From Octopus bimaculoides (Eukaryota), in NCBI RefSeq assembly GCF_001194135.2, contig NC_068993.1:63926319-63989933 (forward strand): 63,615 nt of DNA, in the 5' to 3' direction. The translations under genes and the position numbers were made by a program. Of this stretch, positions 52,891-63,615 are shown in pieces. The first letter of the stretch is position 1; each line of letters opens with the position of its first letter. The notes under the pieces were generated by a model. The model made no database searches, was not told the DNA's origin, and saw only the letters and a list, made by a program, of their open reading frames with translations.

Positions 52891-54993
52891 AAGAGTATTA
52901 ACAAAATGTATGATCATAAACAAAATGTATGTACAAATATAGGGAAATTTAATCTAGAATATATATAGAAGACAAAATTTCAATTGGTAATTGTAGCGAT
53001 AATAAAAAAAGTTTATATATATAAAAAAAAATATTGGTTGCCAGTTTGAATAAGTAAACGTACAATTTGTATAATCTGATTTGATTGTTGGGTTTGTGAA
53101 TAAGTAATCAATTCAATGGGATATAAATAAATACTCTGTAAAAAAAAGTAGATAATAATAATGGCAAAAAATAAAGTTTAATAAATTCATGGTTTAACTG
53201 AATATTTTATATCATATATATAACATGTCAATAGATAGGATAAATGTGATATCTGTGAGTGTAAATTTAAACAAATGCGTATCAGTGGAATTCTAGAAAT
53301 TAAGATCGGAGTTTATAAGTGCCAAGCATTTATATAATCTCATATATTGCCAACACACTAAGAAGTTTTAATAAAAAAAAATGCAATTGCCGTTAATGGA
53401 AATATTCTACTGCAATTACCAAAAACCAATTAATTGCAAAGCAGTTTGTTTGTATGTAAAATTATATTTTAATGCTATAGAATAAAACTGTGGAAGTAAA
53501 TTTACTAATATACTTGACAAGTGCTTGAAGATGCGTTCATGAAAATATTTCCTATTTGGAAATGTAGGACGTTCTGAGAATGGTTTATCCGCAAAATGAA
53601 ACTAATATGGGTGTATATTAAAATGTGTAGTTTAGACACATATGTTACAGACATAACACAGTTTTGTAATGATATTAAGATTAGCAACAGTTTTCACCAC
53701 ATTATACCATTTGTTAATCACAAACGAAATTGCTTTATGTATCAATATATAATTTACACGCACATATATTATAGATATATTATTATCCAACAAAATATCA
53801 TTTTAAGGGTTGCATATTTTCATTCATAACTTTATATACTCCTTGGCAATAATAAAATATTTTGTACGTAATATTTAAACTTATAACCTCTTTCTTTAAC
53901 ACTTTCATTTTCATTTTAATCTGCATTAATGTTACCTCAAAATTATTTATATTCAAGCATATGTGCCAATTTTCCTTTGATATCGTAGGCTTTTTACGTA
54001 GGTTTTTCACAAAATAATACCTTTGATTCCATATATACAAAATGGTTCTCACTCATCTTTTATATAATTTTCCATAATCTCATAAAAGCAATTCTATTTT
54101 ATAGAAATTCTACAATGAATTATTTTAAATATAAACTAATTGCAATATTATTTTCTTGATATTCTTTTAAATAAATCTGAATTTTCAATTCAATAATACG
54201 GAGGATTTTTACATTATAATGCTGTTCCAAAATTAAAGCACTAAAAATCTTCCCTTCCTATTTCCATATATCTATCACTAAAATAACTTTCTGTAGACAT
54301 ATCCATAATATTTCCTCTTGAAATCCCACTCCGCTATTCAGATTAACTTAATTAATTAGAAATTTAAGACAAAACACATATCCTGCTAACGATATAAGTA
54401 GCCTAAATTTAAATAATCAGTAATTTCAGTGGTATCAATTTTCTTTACGTTTTCAAAGAACTAATAACTGTGGTCATGAATTAAAATCCGAGTTTACTCA
54501 TGTTTTGTTCTTATATTTATTGCAAAACATAAATGATTTACGATGATGTTTTATGATGGCAAACAAAAATTTTATTTTTAGTGAATTAGGTGAATGAATC
54601 CATTTCTGAAATTTATTTCCATTTAATTTGCCTGCTGCCCGATACATATTTGACAACTTTTTATGAAGTTGTTGCCCTTGTAGAGTTTTATTCATTGCAT
54701 CTTCATTAAATGGCATATCAAAATGATTAAATAAAGTTTATTAAATCCATCCTTTAGAATTAGATTTTCTAACTCATACCGACATAAATTTCCATACAAT
54801 ATATGTTTACTGTTAATTCATTTGAATTACAATATTAACTAAATTACAAATTTTGTTGATATCATTTTATAAAACATTGTTTTATAACAAAAATTCATAT
54901 ATCCTTGAAACAACAATAATCCTATAAATGTTATTGCAAAATAGCTTAGCATTAACGTTCTAAAACCGATTTTAGAGTCCTTGCGTAGATATT

Positions 54994-55042
<49 letters not shown>

Positions 55043-55046
<4 letters not shown>

Positions 55047-55250
55047 TTCAGTCATTTGACTGCGGCCATGCTGGATCACTACCTCTAGTCGAAAACAAAT
55101 CAACCCCAGGACTTATTCTTTGTAAGCCTAGTACTTATTATATCGGTCTCTTTGACCGAACCGCTAGATTACGGGGACGTAAACTCATCAACATCGGTTG
55201 TCAAGCGATGGTAGGAGACAAACACAGATACACACACATACATACCTACA
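55043..55250 (-). mobile_element. SINE family A, 3' half, well preserved
   Basis: TTCAGTCATTTGACTGCGGCCATGCTGGA...CCCAGGACTTATTCTTTGTAAGCCTAGTACTTATT...CATCGGTTGTCAAGCGATGGT. Confidence 0.9.
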
Positions 55251-55926
55251 TATATATATATATATATATANNNNNNNNNNNNNNNNNNNNNNNNNNNNNN
55301 NNNNNNNNNNNNNNNNNNNNNNNNNNNNNNNNNNNNNNNNNNNNNNNNNNNNNNNNNNNNNNNNNNNNNNNNNNNNNNNNNNNNNNNNNNNNNNNNNNNN
55401 NNNNNNNNNNNNNNNNNNNNNNNNNNNNNNNNNNNNNNNNNNNNNNNNNNNNNNNNNNNNNNNNNNNNNNNNNNNNNNNNNNNNNNNNNNNNNNNNNNNN
55501 NNNNNNNNNNNNNNNNNNNNNNNNNNNNNNNNNNNNNNNNNNNNNNNNNNNNNNNNNNNNNNNNNNNNNNNNNNNNNNNNTATATATGTTGTTTTACATA
55601 ATTTTTATTCCCTCCGGAATAATCTCAATGCTTTTTCCGAAACATATGTTATAGGTATAAATGATTTGAATAACACCTGCGTTTGACACCATTTCTTAAT
55701 TTATCAGTGTTATACAAAGACATTTCACTTAACCTTGGAATTTCTACCTTTATAAGTAGACTGCAATATCCTTGGCACTTATGTGAATTTTTGCTACCCT
55801 GGTAACTATTTATTTATTCATTTTTCCTTCTTATTTGTACACATTGAAAATACACACACACACACAAGCATAATTTTTTCACACACACTGGGACACAAAC
55901 ATGTATGTATGCGAGAGACGCGACTG

Positions 55927-55968
<42 letters not shown>

Positions 55969-58749
55969 TATACTTACCGCTGCATCTCAAAGCAGTGGCC
56001 ACCACCTATTATTTGGTACGTTAGTATATGACAGTGACTTTAGTATGAATCTTCTCATAAGTATGTCATTTTACCATTACATGTTTTGTCAGTCGTGATA
56101 TCTGCGACGTTGTTTACATGTGTAGTAAAATGCATTGATTTAAGTGTGTTACGCTGAGAACTACATACGTAACTATAACTTTGCAGGCATGTATTATATG
56201 TCTGTGTATGTATATACATTTATGTACACACACACGCACGCGCGCGTATATATGTGTCTCATTCCTATGTGTCTCATGCCTATGTGTGCATGTATGTATG
56301 TGTCTTTGTAATTTTGTATATGTATGTGCATTTACGACTATGTTTCATCTGTTTGTAAGTTGATGAAGCAAGTCGGTAGCAAGATCTTCTTAAGAAAATT
56401 TTATAATTCTATTTGGAAACACATTCTGTTGTACATATATATACACACGCCTACACATGTATATTTTTACAGTTTTTGACTTGCGTATATAAATGCATAT
56501 GCACAGTCAAAATGCTATCCACTGGACAACACTCAACACACACACACATGAACATATATACACATCCACAATCACATTCATACACAGACACACGGACAGG
56601 GAAGGACACATATAATTACACAGAGATACGTCCACACATACGTCTACACAAACCTCCATATACACACACATGCAAATAGAGAGAGAGAAAATACCCACCC
56701 AAATGTGATGCGGAGATCAATTGATTTGTTACAGATTAATGTTCCCTTGCGAGCTTTTGCGTGTTGTCGATGTTGCGATTGTTGTTATTGTTGTTGTTTT
56801 TGTCGTCGTCGTTGTTGTTGTTGCGGTTGTTGTTGTTGCCATCGTTGTTTTTGTTGTTCATTTTCCTCCTCCTCCTTTTCTAAATTGCTTTGATAAGGGT
56901 GATTGCTGGTGTTCTTTTACTTCAAATCAGAACTGTTATTGAAGCTAAATTCAAAAAGTGCCGCTGGCTTCAAGCTTTTCCTTTGTAGTTGTCTATTTTC
57001 ACAAATTATTATCTAAAATTTTGAAGAACAGAAGAAATAAAATATGAAAATAAAAGAAAGAACAGTACTAAATTTTATTTAGCTTCTCTTCAGGATTAGC
57101 CTCACAACTATTTTTTTTTTATTGTCATTGTTATTTTTCCTCTCATCAGTATTTCTATCTTTTACAGCAACAACAACCACAACAGCAAAAACGTTATTCA
57201 TGTGATTGAAGTTGATAAATTTAACTGGCTTTGATAAGAAACATAATATCATTAGTTAACCCAACAAGTAACATGTTTAGAAGACTTCTAAGACTGTAGA
57301 AGCAAATTCTTTAGAGAAGATGCTTAGGTGTCGTTTTATTTCTTCCCATAGGTAACAACCGTAGCTCTGGCCTATTTCTAATTAGGTGTAGATCACTTTT
57401 AATGAATAATAGCTTTGGCTATTCGAATTAAAATACACCTTTTGAGTTTCACGTGTATGTCACAACGTCAAAGACGAGCGCCTTCGAGAGAAGGTTCTTT
57501 TCGTGATATATGCTTCAGCACACATTCGTAACCTCAAGCATCAAATACCATAGGAGTATGATTTTGGCAAAGTATATTTGCTGCCTCGCAACATCCCTGC
57601 TGTGCTACAGGTCATAGTTCAGCAATCGATAGTGAATCTAAGAAAGATGTATTCAAAACAACTATTCAGCTTTGAAGCGATCTCTCCCGACAATCTGAAA
57701 TAAAGATAGTTTGGAATTAATTCAGCATTAGAGATACCTTTTGCTGAGAAGTGGAACAGGTTTCGTTTTAATGGCACTAAATTTTCTTTAAATAATTAAG
57801 GACTCATATATTCTTCATAATGGGCATTGGAATATTTGAAGCAGAAATTGTAGCTGATGATAGGGAAATTCTACGGGAATAAGAGTTAAGAAAGTGTTCT
57901 GAAGTGAGTTGGATGAAAATCTCCATCGACATCAGGAGTTTCAACGGGACAAAAGAGTGACTCAGCTCTGGGGTAAGGGGCCAAAAAATCATACAAAGAC
58001 ACCAGCAACATAACCGAGGAAGGAGTAAAGAAATANNNNNNNNNNNNNNNNNNNNNNNNNNNNNNNNNNNNNNNNNNNNNNNNNNNNNNNNNNNNNNNNN
58101 NNNNNNNNNTATATATATATATATATATATGTTTTTCTTTGACATTTATGAAATGTCTTTGGAACGTTTAATTTTGTGTGCGCGGGTTGCGAATGTATAT
58201 AAACGCTTGACTACCAAAGGTGGGATTGAATTGTTTCCCTTTAATGATATATATCAAACCGAACTTGAATATATACTACAACAAATGAAACAGATCATGA
58301 GATAAAATGGTTAATTAAATACATTAAAAAAAATCTACATTTTTCTTGTATTTTATTTAGCTAATTTATCATGTAATAAAACATGCCAAAATTATAAATA
58401 TTTGTTTTAATATCCGTCAGCTTTTACATATTATTGGAAAAGAGGTTTCCGAATGATAAATGATGTTTATTAGTGTTTTTCTTGTTCAGGATATGTTTGA
58501 TATTTAATATTTTATTGTACAATTATGACAGTATATATTTTATCAATAATTTGTGATTTTGGAACATTTAAATGGATGTTTGATGTACCGACTTTCGGTT
58601 TTCAGTGAGACTTCGGAAAGAATTGTTCTTACAAGACAAATATCGCAATCGATATGCAAAATTTAAGAAAGAATATTGTTCTACAAAGGGTAAGACTGAT
58701 GATCATATTTTTGTACATATATACATACATACATACATACATACATACA

Positions 58750-59815
58750 TGATGGTCGTCCACTCGTGACCGAGGAAGACCATTGCCGACCTTCAGGAAC
58801 ATTGTGCGCTCTAGGACTAACTTATATTTTGCATTTGCGGCTCCGTTGGTGGCTAATGAGCCCAGCTCTTGACAAGCAACATTACAGACCAAGCTTACCC
58901 CATTCACTATACGAGCCGTACGTTTTCGCACAGCTCGCTTAAGTTCTTCATGCTGGATACGTGCTCTATCTGTGGCGATGACAGGCATTGTTATCCCAGT
59001 CAGTGTCCTGCATATCACAGGCCTTTAATAAAGACTTGACACAGTCCTTAAATCGCAGCCTTGGTTTCTTCCGGAGTCTCCTTCCATTCACAAGTTCTCC
59101 ATATAGCATCTGCTTAGAAATCCTGCTATCCTTCAATCTAATAAGGTGTCCAGTCCAGCCTAACCGGTGCTTGTGCACCATCGCCTCAATACTCAAGATA
59201 TCAGCTGTCCTCAGAACCTGTGTGTCTGGAATTTTTGAGGTCCAGCCAACATTGAGAATGTGCCTGAGACATCTCTGATGAAAGCGTTCAAGGACCCTTA
59301 CCTGACGTTTGTACAGAGTCCATGTCTCACATGAGTAGAGGAGCGATATCAGTACACATGCANNNNNNNNNNNNNNNNNNNNNNNNNNNNNNNNNNNNNN
59401 NNNNNNNNNCCAGACACGAGACTGAAGAGACCGGAAGGAATTAGTTGCTCTCTGCAACCTGAAAGATATTTCCTCATCCAGGGAGCAAGAACGGCTGAGT
59501 GTGCTGCCCAGGTAGACAAACTTGTCTACTACCTTCAGAATTGTTCCTTCAACCAAGATAGCTGGTTTCACATATGGATTTCCTGGTGCAGGCTGGAACA
59601 TTACAACAGTCTTGTCCAGTGTAATGCTAAGTCCAAATGCCTTGCAAGAAGCAGAAATGCAATTCATGAGTATTTGCATGTCATCCACTGTATGAGTGAC
59701 TAAGTCACAGTCATCTGCATAAAGGAGGTCACGAATAATAGACTGGAGAACCTTTGAATTGGCAGCAAATCGGCGAAGATTAAAGAGGCGGCCAGAAGAT
59801 CGATATCTGACATAT
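58750..59815 (-). mobile_element. 5'-truncated RTE (BovB-like) LINE, relatively young, with (TATG)n tail
   Basis: Open frame YVRYRSSGRLFNLRRF...IIRDLLYADDCDL...DKFVYLGSTLS...LLYSCETWTLY...HRLGWTGHLIRL...KQMLYGEL; intact YADD; small N gap at 59362-59410. Confidence 0.97.
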
Positions 59816-59839
59816 ATTCGATATCTGACATATGTAAGG

Positions 59840-60200
59840 TCACGTGTGAGGCTCTCATAAGTGCTACTGGTAACATGTAATCCAGTACAACCTCTTACAT
59901 GGTCCGGTTGCCGGCGACTAAATTGGCACCCCCACCAGGCTACCCTGGTGAGGAGGGTTGCTAGAAACTCAGCAGGATTAAAAACGAGACCTGTTGAAAG
60001 CTCGGATGGACTTGGTGCAGGCTCAACGGATATCTAGCAATAGCATAGGTACGCAGAAATTCCGAGATGGTGTCCGGCGTGCTGAAAGACCACTGGGAGT
60101 GAGGTGCCCCTCAGCTTTTGTTGTAGCATGTCTCTAGGAGAAGGTCACTCTGATATGAAACCAAATACGCAGGGAATGGCATTGGAGATTTTGGGGGATC
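59840..60200 (+). mobile_element. Probable RTE 5'UTR segment, opposite orientation to the adjacent RT
   Basis: GC-richer segment ending CTCTAGGAGAAGGTCACTCTGATATGAAACC, a pattern I associate with RTE 5'UTRs (recognition only). Confidence 0.5.
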
Positions 60201-61210
60201 TTTGGTTTGTGCTAGAGATCACGGCGCTGCCACATCCCTGAGCTTGCGACCCATATTGGCATCAGACATCTCACTCTCACTTGTCTCTGGATAATGTCAA
60301 TAAAGTAGAGAGGGTCTATGAGGTGTCGTGCAAGCCTTATTAGACCTAAAACTCAGCACAGGCATTGCCGACCTGTGCTCACATGTGCGTTTTTTTTTAG
60401 AACCCCATTCTTTTGTAGTATAACGATAAACAATTTACAAATGCAAACAGTCCGATACATCGGACCTACAAAAATAGCAAGAAATTTAGCTAACTAAAGT
60501 TCATTTACTACTTCATTCAATATTAACATTTAAATCGCATTGATCAAGTCTTTTCCGACTCTCTTTGATAGACTTAGGAAAACTGAGAGAGTAGTTAGAT
60601 GGCTTACCAATTTTTTCATTAAATTTGTTATAATAAATCCTACGGTTTTTGGATATTTTGGTTTCAAAATAATGAAATGAAAATTTTTTGTAACCTAAAA
60701 ATAAAAATAGATTCCTGCTTCATTCAATCTTCACAGAAGTCTTTTTTAACTTTTTCATTATGATGATGTATGTTGAGTCTTTTATGTCAATCTTAAATTA
60801 TATGTCTATGCTAACATTCTTGAATGTTTTAAGATTGAAAAGCGGTTTTATGTCTGTGAGAATGTTTATGATTTAAGACGGCAAGTAGATTATTTAAATC
60901 ATCGTAACATTTATCATTCCAAATAGCTTCTTCTAAAATAACTTATTCAGCTTAGCATTTTCAGTTAATAAATTTTTTCGCATATAAAATGGTTTAAAGT
61001 GTCTACTACATTTCTTGCTAGAATTTAGTAAATTCGGAAGTTTCGCCATTGATTAAGCATAGCAGAGCAGATGACTGTTTCTCTTCGAAGCTGTTTCTCT
61101 TGCAGTTAGTTGAGCTTGTTTCACGAAAGATACTTCAGAAATGAATAAAAGTGGCAATGTTTTAATGTGCTGTATGTGTGTTTGAATACATACATATATG
61201 TGTGTATGTA

Positions 61211-61265
<55 letters not shown>

Positions 61266-61268
61266 ATA

Positions 61269-61382
61269 AGGGCATTACTAGACAATAACGCCTCACGCCA
61301 TGAGGGACTCTAAGGTCAAACTACTATAAAAAGCACATTTTTACCGAATGCGAGGAAATGCGTTATTGTATAGTAATGCCCT
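61269..61382. mobile_element. 114-bp MITE with 23-bp TIRs and TA target-site duplication (Tc1/mariner type)
   Basis: TA|AGGGCATTACTAGACAATAACGC ... GCGTTATTGTATAGTAATGCCCT|TA, 22/23 match. Confidence 0.85.
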
Positions 61383-62418
61383 TATATAAATATAAAAATA
61401 TATATTTCGAGAATAAATGATGGATTTTTTTTCCCTTATGAGGTTTTTTCACGCTAGCTACTTGATAAAATCTTGTAAAAGAATTCGTCCTATTATTGAA
61501 TTTAAATATATTACCAGAATATATTCAGTGCTGAATTTATTCTGAGTAAGAAGCATATTTACCGAGATGCAATTCAAAATTCCCGCCACTTACATAGGGA
61601 AATAGCGATGAACAGTCGTCTATATGCTATGCTGGATACACGGTGTTCGTTTGGTATGTTGATTCACTGTTTATTTCTATTTTTCTTGACCATATTATAC
61701 TGACGAGTAGAAGTTGTATAATACTACAATAACTACGAAATCATGATCAATAATTTAGTCCNNNNNNNNNNNNNNNNNNNNNNNNNNNNNNNNNNNNNNN
61801 NNNNNNNNNNNNNNNNNNNNNNNNNNNNNNNNNNNNNNNNNNNNNNNNNNNNNNNNNNNNNNNNNNNNNNNNNNNNNNNNNNNNNNNNNNNNNNNNNNNN
61901 NNNNNNNNNNNNNNNNNNNNNNNNNNNNNNNNNNNNNNNNNNNNNNNNNNNNNNNNNNNNNNNNNNNNNNNNNNNNNNNNNNNNNNNNNNNNNNNNNNNN
62001 NNNNNNNNNNNNNNNNNNNNNNNNNNNNNNNNNNNNNNNNNNNNNNNNNNNNNNNNNNNNNNNNNNNNNNNNNNNNNNNNNNNNNNNNNNNNNNNNNNNN
62101 NNNNNNNNNNNNNNNNNNNNNNNNNNNNNNNNNNNNNNNNNNNNNNNNNNNNNNNNNNNNNNNNNNNNNNTATATATATATATATATATATGTATGTATT
62201 GAGGTCATGAGAAGTAATGGTGTCAAGAAGACCCAAAGGTGTCAGGTAATGCTGAGTAAGTGCTATCGACAGACTATAGTTAAGCTCCAGGTTCAGTGAT
62301 TATGCGAATGAGGAGTCCAACGTAGGTCATATATTAGCATGCATATATACATAAGAATTAACAGAATGAGATAAAAATCCAAGGCTGTGAAAGATTTCAG
62401 AACATTTCTAAGGAGAAG

Positions 62419-62465
62419 GTCTTACAGCTGTTTCGGGATATTTTATATATCCCTTCATCGGAGAC
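62419..62465 (-). ncRNA. Minimal type I hammerhead ribozyme motif (U4C core variant, extra A after A9)
   Basis: GTCT CCGATGA A GGGATAT ATAAA ATATCCC GAAA C AGCT GTA AGAC: 4-bp helix I, 7-bp helix II, palindromic helix III ACAGCUGU, GUA cleavage triplet. Confidence 0.75.
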
Positions 62466-62758
62466 GGTGTGAGAAAATGGTTACACAATTGTTATTCTAG
62501 ATAAGATATGAAATAGAGAATGAAGTGGAGGAAAGAAAATAGACGTGAAATATGCAGGGATATTCTATCTGCAGTTCAATTATTTAGGCAATATGGTATA
62601 CATATTAGATTCATGTACCTTATATGTATACCATTCTGCCTAAATAATGGAACTGCAGATACAATATCCCTGCATATCTCACGTCTATTTTCATTCTTCC
62701 ACTTCACTCTATTTCATATCTTATCTAGAATAACGATTGCTTAACCATTTCTCATACC

Positions 62759-62806
62759 GTCTCCGATGAAGGGATATATATAATATCCCGGAAACAGCTG
62801 TAAGAC
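62759..62806 (+). ncRNA. Second minimal hammerhead motif (same U4C, one extra G before GAAA)
   Basis: GTCT CCGATGA A GGGATAT ATATA ATATCCC G GAAA C AGCT GTA AGAC. Confidence 0.65.
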
Positions 62807-62846
62807 CTTCTCTTTATAAATGTTCTGAAATCTTTCACAGCTTTTA

Positions 62847-62912
<66 letters not shown>

Positions 62913-63615
62913 CCTTGTTTACAACTACTCTACATTTAGGGATAGTAATAAACGCAGCAGCACAGGGTTTAGTAAATTAATTTGGTATCTAAATGACAAT
63001 AATAAACAATTTAATTTAGATTGGTTTATTATCTCCGTTTCATTCCCATATGATAAAAATAAAGAATTCTGCCAACTCTGTAATAGTGAACAATTTTCTA
63101 TTCTTTTTTTCTAAGAATTCTCTTGTAAACACGTTTATAGAGCGTGCTTATCGATGTAAACATTGGCATAAACATACCATTAGTTCACGTAAGTGATATC
63201 TGCCATTCTATATTATCTGAACATTGATTTTCTTCTTACATTTCATTTCCACTAGATATATCTATTTCCAAGCCTTTAAGCTTTTATTTTAATTCACATA
63301 TCTTTCTATATTTCTCCTCTATTAGTTTTCTGCTTATTTCTTTCCTTTACCCCTTCTCTTCATATGCGCTACCTTTGACATTATATCTTCTAACGGTGTT
63401 TTAAAAACTTAATAGCATTCCCTTCATCATTGTACACATCCATCACATTCTGTTAAAATGCCTTATTGATGAGTTTGATTTCATTCTTTCTTTCCCTGAT
63501 GAGAAGATTACATTGTTTTACACAATTTTATTCGTATGGAATAATACAAATGTTGTCTTCAAAACATATGTCGGAAGTAAAAGAATTTGAATAACACATG
63601 TGTTTAACTCCATAT

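Larger units (their letters stand above)
62384..62841. repeat. ~460-bp foldback: two ~220-bp head-to-head arms (about 90% identical by eye) with a 16-nt loop; Penelope pLTR-like units
   Basis: 62384-62605 is the reverse complement of 62622-62841; the loop is 62606-62621. Confidence 0.95.

Noticed and set aside
54190-54215. NPPY methyltransferase motif on the minus strand
   Set aside because: Isolated four-residue match between stop codons; expected by chance.
59850-59990. HDV-like ribozyme in the RTE 5'UTR-like segment
   Set aside because: Only a P3/L3-like ACC-TCTTACAT-GGT is visible; no P1 partner or P1.1 GG could be found by eye.

Overview
AT-rich, repeat-dominated animal genomic DNA with about 12 N-gaps, nearly all flanked by microsatellites, as in a short-read assembly. 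The SINE families and microsatellite density look cephalopod (octopus-like); this is inference from recognition, not a database result. No intact host protein-coding gene, rRNA, true tRNA or CRISPR array can be supported. Most ORFs in the supplied track are microsatellite or N-gap artefacts, or decayed transposon fragments. Recognisable content: five mariner (DD34D) transposase remnants; three clear RTE LINE fragments and one weak one; two R4/Dong-like REL-LINE fragments; Penelope-like element (PLE) pieces including a GIY-YIG region; many tRNA-derived SINE copies; and short TA-flanked MITEs. Most notable: (1) a ~460-bp near-palindrome at 62.4-62.8 kb made of two head-to-head units, each carrying a minimal type I hammerhead-ribozyme motif, with decayed relatives elsewhere in the window; (2) a 403-bp inverted duplication with one mismatch around a mariner/SINE nest; (3) two retroelements whose pieces lie in opposite orientations.
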